NCBI GenBank assembly: GCA_044229975.1 | Contig: JBGARZ010000010.1 | Coordinates: 128,001 to 192,000 of the forward strand | DNA: 64,000 bases | Reading direction: 5' to 3' | DNA from: Polyangiales bacterium | Lineage (GTDB): Bacteria; Myxococcota_A; Polyangia; Polyangiales; Ga0077539 | Shown: positions 1 to 9,470 of the stretch, piece after piece | Numbering within the stretch: position 1 is the stretch's first letter | How the letters are laid out: each line of letters opens with the position of its first letter | Made by a program: the position numbers and the translations under genes | The notes under the pieces: model-generated | Told to the model about the DNA's origin: nothing | Seen by the model: the letters and a program-made list of their open reading frames with translations, nothing else | The model's database searches: none

Positions 1-489
1 CGCCGCCGCAAGAACCCCCTGGCCACCGTCGACGAGTCCGCCGCGCAGCCCCTGTGGAAGCGCGCGCTGCTGGTGCTGGGCGGCGGTGTCGTGGGCATGC
101 TCTCGGGCCTGCTCGGGGTCGGCGGCGGCTTTCTCATCGTCCCGGTGTTCACGCTGCTGGGGCGCATCCCGATGCCCGTCGCGGTCGGAACCTCCGCCGT
201 CGTCATCGCCATGAACTCCCTCTCGGGTGTCATCGGTCAGCGGGCCTTCGCCTTCGTCGACTGGCACCTCGCGATCGCGTTTTCCGTGGCCTCCGCGCTC
301 GGCACGCTGGTCGGGTCGCTCTTCACGCATCGCGTGGCGCCCGAGAAGCTGCGGCGGTGGTTCGGTGTCCTGGTGGTGGTGGCGGGGATGCTGGTGCTCA
401 CGCGGCAGGCGCTGCCGGGCCTGCGCGACCTGCTGCGATCGCGCTCGGGCTCGCATGTCGCGCCTACGATGCAGGGCGCTCACGGGTGA
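1..489 (+). CDS. Sulfite exporter TauE/SafE family membrane protein (5' partial)
   Basis: Frame open from base 1; SGLLGVGGGFLIVP and AVGTS motifs; multiple hydrophobic helices. Confidence 0.85.
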   Translation, partial: RRRKNPLATVDESAAQPLWKRALLVLGGGVVGMLSGLLGVGGGFLIVPVFTLLGRIPMPVAVGTSAVVIAMNSLSGVIGQRAFAFVDWHLAIAFSVASALGTLVGSLFTHRVAPEKLRRWFGVLVVVAGMLVLTRQALPGLRDLLRSRSGSHVAPTMQGAHG

Positions 490-559
490 GTGTCATCGAC
501 CGCTGACCCCGATCGGGCGTAGCGTCGGACGTCGCCTGACTCACACCCGAAGGTGCTCG

Positions 560-1600
560 ATGAAGTTCTCGATGCCCGACGTACAGACCCTCGCCCGCCG
601 GGTGCTTCCGATGGCGCGGCAGGCGGCGCCGCTCAGCCGCTTCGCGGTGGCCCGCGCGACGGGGCGGAAGTTTCCGCTCATGGTCACCATGTCGATCACC
701 GACAAGTGCAACTTCCGCTGCGTCTACTGCCAGCTCCCGATCATGAACCGCGAGGAGATGAGCACCGCGGACTGGCACCGCGCGATCGATGAGCTCGCCG
801 ACGCCGGGATGATGCGGGTGAGCATCATGGGCGGCGAACCGCTCATGCGGAAGGACGTCGGCGAGCTCATCGACCACCTCAAGGAGCGCCACGTCAACGT
901 CGCGATGAACACCAACGGGTGGCTCTTCCCGCAGCGCATGGATCAGGTCCGCAAGCTCGACCTGGTGTGCGTGACGCTCGATGGTCCGGCGGAGATCAAC
1001 GACCGGCAGCGGCACCCGGGCGCGCACGACAAGGTGCTCGAAGCCATCGATCTGGCGAAGGCCGCGGGCGTGAAGGTCATCACCATGACCGTGATGACGA
1101 AGGGCGGCCTCGACACCGTCGACTACGTGCTGAAGGTGGCGAAGGAGAAGGGGACGCGGGCGTTCTTCCAGGTGGAGCACGACGCGGAGGGCGACCCCAA
1201 CAAGACCATCGGCCCCGACATCACGGGTGACGGCATCGCGGCGGTGGCGCGGCACCTCCTGCGACGCAAGGAAGAGGGCTGGCCGGTAGGGCCCTCGCGG
1301 ACGTTTCTGAAGCAGCTCGCGGGGGACGGCGAGACGGGGGCGCGGCGGTTCTACAGCTGCAACGACTGCTACGCGTCGCAGTACTTCCTCTCGATCACGC
1401 CGACCGGGTACGTGGTCCCGTGTCCGTTGACCTTTCGGAGCGAGACGCCGCTCAACGGTCGTGAGCTGGGCTTCGCGCGGGCCTTCGAGATGCTCACGCA
1501 ACCGCAGGACGCAGGCTGCGGGTGCAACCCGACGACGGAGCTCAACTACCTGCTGCACTTCCGCCCGGAGGCGATTCTCAACGCCTTCGACGTGGTGTGA
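560..1600 (+). CDS. Radical SAM protein with C-terminal Cys-containing (Twitch/SPASM-like) extension
   Basis: CNFRCVYC (CxxxCxxC), GGEP and TNG motifs; C-terminal CxxC...C...CGC; ATG at 560. Confidence 0.85.
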   Translation: MKFSMPDVQTLARRVLPMARQAAPLSRFAVARATGRKFPLMVTMSITDKCNFRCVYCQLPIMNREEMSTADWHRAIDELADAGMMRVSIMGGEPLMRKDVGELIDHLKERHVNVAMNTNGWLFPQRMDQVRKLDLVCVTLDGPAEINDRQRHPGAHDKVLEAIDLAKAAGVKVITMTVMTKGGLDTVDYVLKVAKEKGTRAFFQVEHDAEGDPNKTIGPDITGDGIAAVARHLLRRKEEGWPVGPSRTFLKQLAGDGETGARRFYSCNDCYASQYFLSITPTGYVVPCPLTFRSETPLNGRELGFARAFEMLTQPQDAGCGCNPTTELNYLLHFRPEAILNAFDVV

Positions 1601-1603
1601 GTG

Positions 1604-1841
1604 GGTGGGCCGGAGTTCGCGTGACCCCGTTGCGAGTGCGTGCAGTCGCTCACTCCGGGCTATTTCACGTGGTCACCTCGCGGTGCGAGGTTGCAAGAGA
1701 TCTCTACTGACGATGAGCGGGTCGATGGGTTGTTCGTTGAAACCAGTGCTGCAACCTCGCGTCGCGAGGTGACCACGTGAAATAGCCCGGAGTGAGCGAC
1801 TGCACGCACTCGCAACGGGGTCACGCGAACTCCGGCCCACC
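1604..1841. repeat. Long inverted repeat with 92-bp arms, REP-doublet/REPIN-like
   Basis: 1604-1695 is the reverse complement of 1750-1841 with 2 mismatches; lies between convergent genes. Confidence 0.95.
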
Positions 1842-1844
1842 GCC

Positions 1845-3173
1845 TCAAGGGCAGCCGTTGTCGACGATGCCGTCGCAGTCGTCGTCGAGCGCGTTGCCGC
1901 AGCGCTCCATCATCGGGCCCACTTCGCCGGTGCAGGTGCTCCACGCGCCCGCGCGGCAGGTCTGTGATCCAGCGCGACAGATGCCGCGCATGTCGACGAG
2001 GGCGGGCGACCACCGGATGGCGCTGCCCGTGAGCATCGGCCTCGCCATGTTGAAGCTCACCGTGTCCGTCGACGCGGCGGTGTCGTCCCCCTGGATGCCG
2101 GTGGTGGCGTTGGAGCCGAGCGAGCGGTCGCCGGCGCCCTCCATGCGACCGTAGAGCACCTCGATGAGGTTGCTGCCCTCGACGAGCACCACCTCGAAGT
2201 TGAGGTGCGCTTCGTCGGTGCGGGGGAAGAAGCCCGCGTCGTGCCACTCGACGACGAAGGTGCGGTTGGGCGCTGTTCCGATGGTCGCGGTGCAGATGCC
2301 GTCGCGCAGCGCGAGGTCGTCCCAGAACGCGTACACCGACTGCGCCCCGCGCATGGCAGGGAGCGTGGTGTTGTTGAAGGCCCAGGTGGCGGCGGAGAAG
2401 CCCAGCACGCCATTGGCCGTGAAGAACGCCGTCGTCACCGGCATCCCGAACGCCTGGAACGCGAAGGGCAACGCCTCGGACACGTTGCCGTCGTCGGCGT
2501 TGGGCAGGTAGGTGCGGTGCCCCGCCTGCGCGCACGCGTCGACGTAGGCCCGCGGCGGCATCGCCGTCACCGCGCGAGCGTAGCGACCCGGCATCGACCA
2601 CGACAGCTCGCCGCAGCGCTGCACCAGGGACTCGTCGACGGAGCCGTCGCAGTCGTCGTCCAGCCCGTTGCAGCTCTCCGCCGCGGGAACCACCTGCGAC
2701 GCGCACGGACCCCACGCGCCCGCGACACACGCCTGCGTCCCGGGGCGGCACACGCCGACGCCCACGGAGCCCGCAGGACCATCGAAGCAGGTGCGCGGCG
2801 CGACCTCATCGACCATGCCGTTGCAGTCGTCGTCGGTGCCGTTGCAGGACTCGGGCGTCGGGGTGGCGGGGACGGCATCACAGACCGTGATGCGGAGGTC
2901 GGCGCGGCAGAGGTACCGGCCCGCGCGCTGGCAGGCGCCGATGCCGACGGAGCAGGGCGTCCCGACGGGAGGGGAGACGCCGTCACAGCCGAGGAGGCCG
3001 AGGTCGGTGGGCGGGACCACGGGCGCGTCGACGGTGGTGATGGGCGTGTCGAGGACGGACCCGGCGTCCGTCGCGCCAGCGTCGACGCCGATGTTGCCGA
3101 TGGTCACGCTGCTGCCGCAGCCGACGAGCGCCACCGCGCAGCCCACGCACCACCACCGAGCGAGTCGATCCAT
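1845..3173 (-). CDS. Cys-rich lipoprotein with putative metal-binding (MopE-like CNGxDDDCxG) repeats and a nidogen-like domain
   Basis: Lipobox LVGC; three CxxxDDDCxGxVD motifs; LPFAF..FG, NG, FWDDL, FVVEW, FEVVL pattern. Confidence 0.7.
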   Translation of the reverse strand: MDRLARWWCVGCAVALVGCGSSVTIGNIGVDAGATDAGSVLDTPITTVDAPVVPPTDLGLLGCDGVSPPVGTPCSVGIGACQRAGRYLCRADLRITVCDAVPATPTPESCNGTDDDCNGMVDEVAPRTCFDGPAGSVGVGVCRPGTQACVAGAWGPCASQVVPAAESCNGLDDDCDGSVDESLVQRCGELSWSMPGRYARAVTAMPPRAYVDACAQAGHRTYLPNADDGNVSEALPFAFQAFGMPVTTAFFTANGVLGFSAATWAFNNTTLPAMRGAQSVYAFWDDLALRDGICTATIGTAPNRTFVVEWHDAGFFPRTDEAHLNFEVVLVEGSNLIEVLYGRMEGAGDRSLGSNATTGIQGDDTAASTDTVSFNMARPMLTGSAIRWSPALVDMRGICRAGSQTCRAGAWSTCTGEVGPMMERCGNALDDDCDGIVDNGCP

Positions 3174-3252
3174 GATTGGGAGTCTCCGGGCGGGCGACGG
3201 CCGTCAGCGCCGCGCTCGCTGCGGCGTCTGTGGGGCGGTGCCGATGCCGCCG

Positions 3253-4053
3253 TCACCGATTCGTCGGAGCGTCGGTGCTTTGCCCGACGACCGCGCGCAT
3301 CGCGGGCGCCACGGTGCTCGTGGGGTGCGCCGCGAGGAAGGCGTCCGCGCGTTCGCGGGCCTCGTCGTCGCGGTGTAGCCGTCGCAGCGCATCCACGGCG
3401 TAGCGGGCGCGCTCGTGGGCCAACGCACCCCCGTCGCGACCGAGCCGCGCGCTCAGCGCATCGAAGCCCGCGAGCGCCGCCGCCGGGTCGCTGGCGACGA
3501 GCGAGCGCGCCGACGCGAAGGCCGCGAGCTCGTCGTCCACCGTAAACGGAGCCACCGCGACCACGGCAGCAGGCGGCACCACACGAGCGCGCGCGGCGAC
3601 GACGACCGGGCGGGCGACGTGACGCGGGGCCGCGACGACCAGCACCGGGGGCGGCGGCTTTACCGGGACGGGTATGACCGCGACGGGCTCGACGCTCGGC
3701 ACCGTCGGCGCAGCGGTGGTCACCGTGGGTGCCGCGACGGTCACGGTGGCGACGGGGCGCGGCGCAGGCGGAGCGACGGTGCGCGCGCGGTGCAGCGCGA
3801 CGGAGCCCGCGACGACGAGCGCGGCGACGATGGCGGGCTTCACGCCGACGAGCGCGAGGAATCCCCCGGAGGCGGCCTTGGCGGTGGCTGCCGTCGTGGC
3901 CGCGGTGGTCGCGGCGGTGGTGGAGGACTGGAGGGCGTTCCACATGCGGAGGCGGGCGGCGTGGTCGGGCGCGGCGGCGGCGCGCAGGAGGTCGCCGGCG
4001 CCGGGCGGGGCGTTGGCGGCGTCGTCGATCCAGCGGCGGGGCGCGCGGGTCAT
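3253..4053 (-). CDS. Putative anti-sigma-like membrane protein (TM, Pro-rich linker, TPR-like C-terminus)
   Basis: ATG overlaps the sigma factor stop; one TM; helical C-terminus ending FLAAHPTS. Confidence 0.6.
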   Translation of the reverse strand: MTRAPRRWIDDAANAPPGAGDLLRAAAAPDHAARLRMWNALQSSTTAATTAATTAATAKAASGGFLALVGVKPAIVAALVVAGSVALHRARTVAPPAPRPVATVTVAAPTVTTAAPTVPSVEPVAVIPVPVKPPPPVLVVAAPRHVARPVVVAARARVVPPAAVVAVAPFTVDDELAAFASARSLVASDPAAALAGFDALSARLGRDGGALAHERARYAVDALRRLHRDDEARERADAFLAAHPTSTVAPAMRAVVGQSTDAPTNR

Positions 4054-4643
4054 CGGGCCTCCCGGGCGCGAACGCGGGCGAGCGCCTTCTCGAAGTGCTT
4101 GCGCGCGAGGCGCAGCCGCGAGTGGACGGTGTTGGCCGAGCAGCCCACGAGCGTGGCGATGGCGTCGGCGCCGAGGCCGTCGAGCTCGAAGAGGGCGAAC
4201 ACCACGCGCTGCTCCGGGGGCATCGCGTCCATGATGGCGGCGAGGGTCTCGCGGGCCTGCGCCTCGGCGGCCTGGGCGTCGGGGTTGCTCTCGGGTGATG
4301 GCGCGGGTTCGGGCGGGGCGGCGGTGATCTGCTCGCGGCGAACGTGGGCCCGTCGTCGCCAGTCGCTCGCGACGCGCTCGGTGATGCCCCACAGCCAGGT
4401 GGTGAGCTGCGAGCGCCCCTCGAAGCCGTCGAGCTTGCGATGAACCACGAGAAACACCTCGTGGGTCTGGTCTTCGAGGTCGGCCTCGCGCACGCCGTGG
4501 GCGCGGAGGGCGCGCCAGACGAAGCCCCAGTGGGCCTCGTAGACCTCGCGGAGCGTCCAGCGGCGCTCGTCGACCCGCGCCTCGTCGGCGTCGAGCGCGA
4601 CGACGTCCCCGGGGCGCAGCAGTGAGAACAGCGTCGAGGTCAT
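4050..4643 (-). CDS. ECF-type RNA polymerase sigma-70 factor
   Basis: Region 2 (VWRALR..DLEDQTHEVFLVV..TWLWGI) and region 4 (QRVVFALFELDG..IA..TVHSRLRLAR); alternative start 4667. Confidence 0.9.
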   Translation of the reverse strand: MTSTLFSLLRPGDVVALDADEARVDERRWTLREVYEAHWGFVWRALRAHGVREADLEDQTHEVFLVVHRKLDGFEGRSQLTTWLWGITERVASDWRRRAHVRREQITAAPPEPAPSPESNPDAQAAEAQARETLAAIMDAMPPEQRVVFALFELDGLGADAIATLVGCSANTVHSRLRLARKHFEKALARVRAREAR

Positions 4644-4681
4644 CGCGAAGGGCGTGAGTGGGAGCATGGCCCCGCGGCCCG

Positions 4682-5656
4682 TCACTCGAAATGAACCCCC
4701 ACGCCGATTCCCGCGCGCAGCCCGATGGGGCTCACGCGATGAACCTCCCCGGCGCCCTCCACCACCAGCGTGTCGCGGATGAGCGGAACCACCGCCTGCA
4801 CGTCCGCCAGCAGATGCACCACGGAGCCGAGCGACCAGCGCGCGCGGGCGCCCGCTTCGAGGGCGGCGTAGGGGCGCTCCTCGATGCGGTCGACGGCGAG
4901 GCCCTGCCCCGCAGCCACCAGAACGCCCGCGAGCACACCCGCGCAGAGGGTGAGTGAGAGGGTGGTGGTGGCTCCGCGCCAGGGGCAGACGGCGAGGCCC
5001 GCGAGGCCAAGGCGGAGCGAGGCGCGGCCGGTGGTGAGGTCGACGGTGGCGTCGGGCTGGTAGAGCCCGGTGACGACGAGCGTCGGCCACGAGGGCGGGC
5101 GCACCTCGACGACCAGCGAGAGCAGCGGGGCGGCGGAGGGGAGGGTTCCGACGGTGAGGCCGCCGAGGGCGCTCGCGGCGACGGACCAGCGACGACGACG
5201 AGGCGGGCGCGGCGACGGCGACGGGGCTGCGACGACGACGGGTGGCGGTGGCGGCGGTGGTGGCGCGGCGGCGGTGCGAGCGAGCGCGTCGCCATCGAGG
5301 GAGGCCGCGACGGCGAGCGCGACGGCGTCGACGAGCGGGGCGCAGGTGTCGGCGACGACATCGAGGTGGCGCTCGCCGAGGAGCGCGCCAGCGGGGTCGC
5401 GGAGGTAGAGCGCGGCCTGCCAGGGGAGCGCGCCCGAACGTGTGACGACGACCTCGACGGAGACCGCGGGCGGAGCATCGGTGACGGTGGGGTCGTAGCC
5501 GAGGCGGCGGGTGATCGCAGCGCGGGGAGCGGTGGCGTCGGGGCAGGCGGAGGCTCCGTCGGCGCGCACCCAGGAGAGCGACGCGCGTACCGGGTCGGCG
5601 GCGGCCGCGGCGGGCGTCGCGAGCGCGGCGAGGAAGGCGATGAACGGGCGACGCAT
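4682..5656 (-). CDS. Secreted/outer-membrane hypothetical protein with beta-barrel-like C-terminus
   Basis: Signal peptide, poly-Pro linker, alternating beta-strand pattern ending GVGVHFE. Confidence 0.55.
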   Translation of the reverse strand: MRRPFIAFLAALATPAAAAADPVRASLSWVRADGASACPDATAPRAAITRRLGYDPTVTDAPPAVSVEVVVTRSGALPWQAALYLRDPAGALLGERHLDVVADTCAPLVDAVALAVAASLDGDALARTAAAPPPPPPPPVVVAAPSPSPRPPRRRRWSVAASALGGLTVGTLPSAAPLLSLVVEVRPPSWPTLVVTGLYQPDATVDLTTGRASLRLGLAGLAVCPWRGATTTLSLTLCAGVLAGVLVAAGQGLAVDRIEERPYAALEAGARARWSLGSVVHLLADVQAVVPLIRDTLVVEGAGEVHRVSPIGLRAGIGVGVHFE

Positions 5657-5688
5657 CGGGCGGAGCGGCGATGGTAGCGTCCCTCGCC

Positions 5689-6414
5689 ATGAGTCGCTCC
5701 GTGATTCCCGACGCGTGGCAGGTACCCAATCGCATCCGGCAGCGGGTGGGCGTTCAGGCGGGGCGCCAGCGCGCCATCGTGGAGGAGGGGCACCTGCTGC
5801 TCATCGTTCATGAGGCGCCGAAGGACGGTGAGACCGAGCGGCCGGCGAAGCTGTTCTGGCGCGCGCCCGACGGGACGTGGCGCGCGACCGGGGCGGGTCA
5901 GTCGCCGGGGCTGCCGGTGCTCAAGCGGCACATGGAGGCGCTCCAGCAGGCGCTGCAACAGCTCGACGCGCGGGTCGACTCGGGCAAGACGGCGCAGGAC
6001 TTCTTCACGGTGCTCAACGCCGCGACGCCGCTCCAGCGCACCACGCGCAACCTGCACAAGGCGCTGCAGGAAGCCCGCGACGGCGTCGAAGACCGCGACA
6101 TCATCGCGATGCGCGACTCCGCGGGTGACCTCGAACGATCGGGTGACCTGCTGGTGAGCGACGCCCGCAACGCGCTGGAGTACACCGTGGCGCGCAACGC
6201 CGAGGCGCAGGCCGCCAACGGTCAGAAGGCCGTCGACGCGCAGCACCGGCTCAACCTGCTGGCGGCGCTGTTCTTCCCGGTGACGGCGGTGGGGTCCATC
6301 CTCGGGATGAACCTCCGCACGGGCCTCGAACACGCGCCCGCGGGGCTGTTCTGGCTGGTGCTGGTGCTGGCGTTCGGGTTGGGCTTCAGCATCCGCAGCT
6401 CGCTCAACAAGTAG
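5689..6414 (+). CDS. CorA-like divalent cation transporter family protein
   Basis: RLNLLAALFFP...ILGMN signature with two C-terminal TMs; alternative start 5671. Confidence 0.7.
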   Translation: MSRSVIPDAWQVPNRIRQRVGVQAGRQRAIVEEGHLLLIVHEAPKDGETERPAKLFWRAPDGTWRATGAGQSPGLPVLKRHMEALQQALQQLDARVDSGKTAQDFFTVLNAATPLQRTTRNLHKALQEARDGVEDRDIIAMRDSAGDLERSGDLLVSDARNALEYTVARNAEAQAANGQKAVDAQHRLNLLAALFFPVTAVGSILGMNLRTGLEHAPAGLFWLVLVLAFGLGFSIRSSLNK

Positions 6415-6441
6415 CGAGCGAGTCCGCGGAGGCTGGCGGCG

Positions 6442-8118
6442 TCAGGGGATGCCGGTGGGCTGGAGCGCGGAGACGTACGAGCAGCGGCCGGCGAGGTCGT
6501 TGCGCACCGAGCCGAGGGACTCGGGGTACACGCAGCGCAGCGGCGAGGTGCACTCGCTGTTGTGCGCGCAGGTCTTGAAGACGCAGATCGCGAGGTCGTC
6601 GTCGCCCGGCCCGAGCGGAACGATCGCCGCGGGGTTGTCCGGGCAGCTCGTGGTCGCCGCGAGGTTGATGAAGCTGCCGCAGACGCCCTGCGTCGGGCTG
6701 GTGGTGGCCGGGAAGCAGAGGCCGCGGCACTGCGGGGACGTCGATGCCGGGTTGCACGGGTCGCCGTCGACCGCGAGCGCGAGGTTGACCGGCGCCGGGG
6801 CGCAGCGGCCCGTGCGGGTGTTGCAGCGGTTGAGGGCGCCGGTGGTGGTGGCCACGCCCGCGCACTGCGCGTCGTTCTGGCAGTGGGCGAAGCAGCCGGG
6901 GCTGTCGGCCCCTTCGGTGGCCGGGGTGTTGTACCAGAAGCTCGTGCAGGCCGTGCCCGCGCGGCACGTGCGCGGGTTGCACGCGCGGCCGCAGATCCCC
7001 TGGCCGTCGGGGATGTCCGCGAAGGGCGGGTGCGCCACGCAGGTGCTGCCCGGGCCGCCGCACTGGTCCGCCTCCGAGGCCGTGGTGCCCAGCAGGCAGA
7101 ACGCCGTGCAGTACCCACCGGTGAGCAGCGAGGTCGCGCAGGTGAGGGCGTCGCCCGGGCCGCACATCGTGCCCGTGCAGGTGCTACCCGCGGCGATGTC
7201 CGTCGCGACGGCGGTGCACGCCCCGGTGGTGCAGATGGTGCCCGACCCGCACGCGACGCCGCAGGCGCCGCAGTTGGTGGAGTCGTTGGTCACGTCGACG
7301 CAGCGGGAGCCGCAGAGCACGAAGCCCGCCGGGCAGGTCGGGGTGCCGCCCACGCAGCGGCCGCTGGTGCAGGTCTGGCCCGCGCCGCAGCGACGGTTGC
7401 ACTCGCCGCAGTTGAACACGTCGGTGGTCACGTCGATGCAGCTCGCGCCGCAGGTCAGGCGCGGCGCCGCGCACTCCGAGGTCGAGCGGCAGGCGCCGTC
7501 CGAGCAGAACTGCCCCGCCGCGCAGTTGGTCCCGCACGACCCGCAGTTGGACCCGTCGGTGCGGGTGTTGACGCAGACGCCATCACACGCGACGCGGGGC
7601 GCCGTGCACGTCGAGGTGCTCGTCGACATGCACGCGCCGTTGTTGCAGAACTGCCCGCCCGCGCAGGCCGTCCCGCAGGCGCCGCAGTTCTCGATGTCGG
7701 TGCGGGTGTTGACGCAGGCCCCGTCGCAGACCGTGCGCGGCGCGGTGCACGTTGAGGTCGACTGACAGCTCCCGCTGTTGCAGACCTGCGCCGCGGTGCA
7801 CGCGCGGCCGCAGGCGCCGCAGTGGGCCGGGTCGCTCTGCCGGTCGACGCACTCCGAGCCGCACATCGTCCGCGGCGCCGCGCAGGTCGCCACGCCGTTG
7901 TCCGTCGGGGTGACGGTGCCGTTGTCCGTCGGGGTGACGGTGCCGTTGTCCGTCGGGGTGACGGTGCCCATGTCCGTCGGGGCCACCGGGACGTCGCTGC
8001 CTCCGCCGCCCGCGTCGACCTCGGTGTTGATGCCGCCGCTGCCGCGCGCATCGCACGCGGTGATGTTTGCAAGGGCGAGCGAGGTGCTCGCAAGCAAGGC
8101 CAGACCGTGTAACCGCAT
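6442..8118 (-). CDS. Cys-rich lipoprotein with myxobacterial DxxNCGxCG repeats
   Basis: Lipobox-like ITAC; five C-V/I-D/N-x-x-x-D-x-x-N/H-CGxC units. Confidence 0.75.
   Translation of the reverse strand: MRLHGLALLASTSLALANITACDARGSGGINTEVDAGGGGSDVPVAPTDMGTVTPTDNGTVTPTDNGTVTPTDNGVATCAAPRTMCGSECVDRQSDPAHCGACGRACTAAQVCNSGSCQSTSTCTAPRTVCDGACVNTRTDIENCGACGTACAGGQFCNNGACMSTSTSTCTAPRVACDGVCVNTRTDGSNCGSCGTNCAAGQFCSDGACRSTSECAAPRLTCGASCIDVTTDVFNCGECNRRCGAGQTCTSGRCVGGTPTCPAGFVLCGSRCVDVTNDSTNCGACGVACGSGTICTTGACTAVATDIAAGSTCTGTMCGPGDALTCATSLLTGGYCTAFCLLGTTASEADQCGGPGSTCVAHPPFADIPDGQGICGRACNPRTCRAGTACTSFWYNTPATEGADSPGCFAHCQNDAQCAGVATTTGALNRCNTRTGRCAPAPVNLALAVDGDPCNPASTSPQCRGLCFPATTSPTQGVCGSFINLAATTSCPDNPAAIVPLGPGDDDLAICVFKTCAHNSECTSPLRCVYPESLGSVRNDLAGRCSYVSALQPTGIP
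7894..7982. repeat. 24-bp coding tandem repeat (TVTPTDNG x3 plus a degenerate copy)
   Basis: gccgttgtccgtcggggtgacggt repeated three times. Confidence 0.9.
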
Positions 8119-8202
8119 CCCTCAGTACCTCCTAAAGATCCGTGACGCGGGCGTTGGCTACCAGAACGCGCGCCCCAGGGCCAATCCCCGGACGGGCGCA
8201 GG

Positions 8203-9414
8203 TCAGCGCTCCTGGAGGGCGACCGCGAGGGCGCGCACCACGTCGTCGAGGAGGAAGGGCTTGCGCACCATGATCCCCCGCGCGGAGCTCGGGACGTGGT
8301 CGACGGAGGGCGCGCCCGTCATGAGCACGCGACCCACCCGCGGCGCGATGAGCTCCATCTCCAGCAGGAAGGCCGCGCCCGACGCGTTGTCGCCGAGGCG
8401 CTCGTCGACCAGGGCCACGTCGATGTCGCCGCGCACCAGCAGCCGCCGCGCCTCGTCGATGTCGGTAGTCACCATCACCCGCGCGCCGCGCAGCGAGAGG
8501 GCCACCTCCAGCAGCTCGCGGATGGACGGGTCGTCGTCGATGACCATCACCCGCACGCCGGGCCGCAGCCGCGCCTCGGTGCCCTGCACCGACAGCGGGA
8601 GGGCCAGCTCGCTGGTCGTTGGCGGGCGGCGCAGCGCGAGCACCATGGTGGTGCCGCGGCCGGGCGCGCTGTCGACGTCAAGCATCGCGCCCATGGCCTC
8701 GCTCAGCGCGCGCGACACGGCGAGACCGAGGCCCCGCACCGCGGCCGTGAGCGGCGTCTCCGTCGTGCGCGTCGTGAAGAACGGATCGAAGATGCGCGCC
8801 CGCGTCGTGGCGTCGATGCCGATGCCGTCGTCGCGGACGGCGACGGAGACCCGTCCGCCCGCGGGCTGCACCGAGAGCGAGACGGCCCCGGCGTCGGCGC
8901 CGCGGAGGCGCGCGGCCTGGATGGCGTGCGTGGCGTTGATGACGAGGTTGGTGAGCACCTGCTCGACGCGGTCGGGGTCGCCCTGCGCCTCGATCACCCC
9001 GGCGGGCAGATCGACGTGGAGCGTGACGCCGGCGGCGGCGCAGCGGGCGTCGAGGAGGTCGCGCACGGTGGTGACCACGGCGCCGAGGTCGAAGCGCTCG
9101 TCGCGCACGCCAAACGAGGCCACCGGGTCGATGAGCGAAGCCACCAGCGCACCCGCTCGCGCGACGCCGCGGTGCATGATGGGGAGCGCCCGGTCGAGCA
9201 CCTCCGCGTCGGGCTTCGCCTGCGCCAGCTCGACCCAACCGAGCACGCTGGTGAGGACGTTTTGAATCTCGTGCACGGCCGCGCCGATGGCCACCCGGTC
9301 GCCCGGCAGCAGGCTGTGCGCGGGGGGAGCGCCGCTCGCCCGGAGAATCGCGGCAGACATGGTCGTCGGCCGTGCGTCGAGGGGAGGCAGCACGGACGGG
9401 TCACGATCGCTCAC
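8203..9414 (-). CDS. Hybrid histidine kinase/response regulator
   Basis: H-box HEIQN, N-box NLVINA, DDGIG, FDPFFTT, GLGLA; receiver VIDDD..VD..KPF; start uncertain (9414 or 9360). Confidence 0.85.
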   Translation of the reverse strand: MSDRDPSVLPPLDARPTTMSAAILRASGAPPAHSLLPGDRVAIGAAVHEIQNVLTSVLGWVELAQAKPDAEVLDRALPIMHRGVARAGALVASLIDPVASFGVRDERFDLGAVVTTVRDLLDARCAAAGVTLHVDLPAGVIEAQGDPDRVEQVLTNLVINATHAIQAARLRGADAGAVSLSVQPAGGRVSVAVRDDGIGIDATTRARIFDPFFTTRTTETPLTAAVRGLGLAVSRALSEAMGAMLDVDSAPGRGTTMVLALRRPPTTSELALPLSVQGTEARLRPGVRVMVIDDDPSIRELLEVALSLRGARVMVTTDIDEARRLLVRGDIDVALVDERLGDNASGAAFLLEMELIAPRVGRVLMTGAPSVDHVPSSARGIMVRKPFLLDDVVRALAVALQER

Positions 9415-9470
9415 GACGTCATCATCCCGGAAAGTGAGGAGGGTGGTCAAAGACTCGGACGGTGTTGTCG

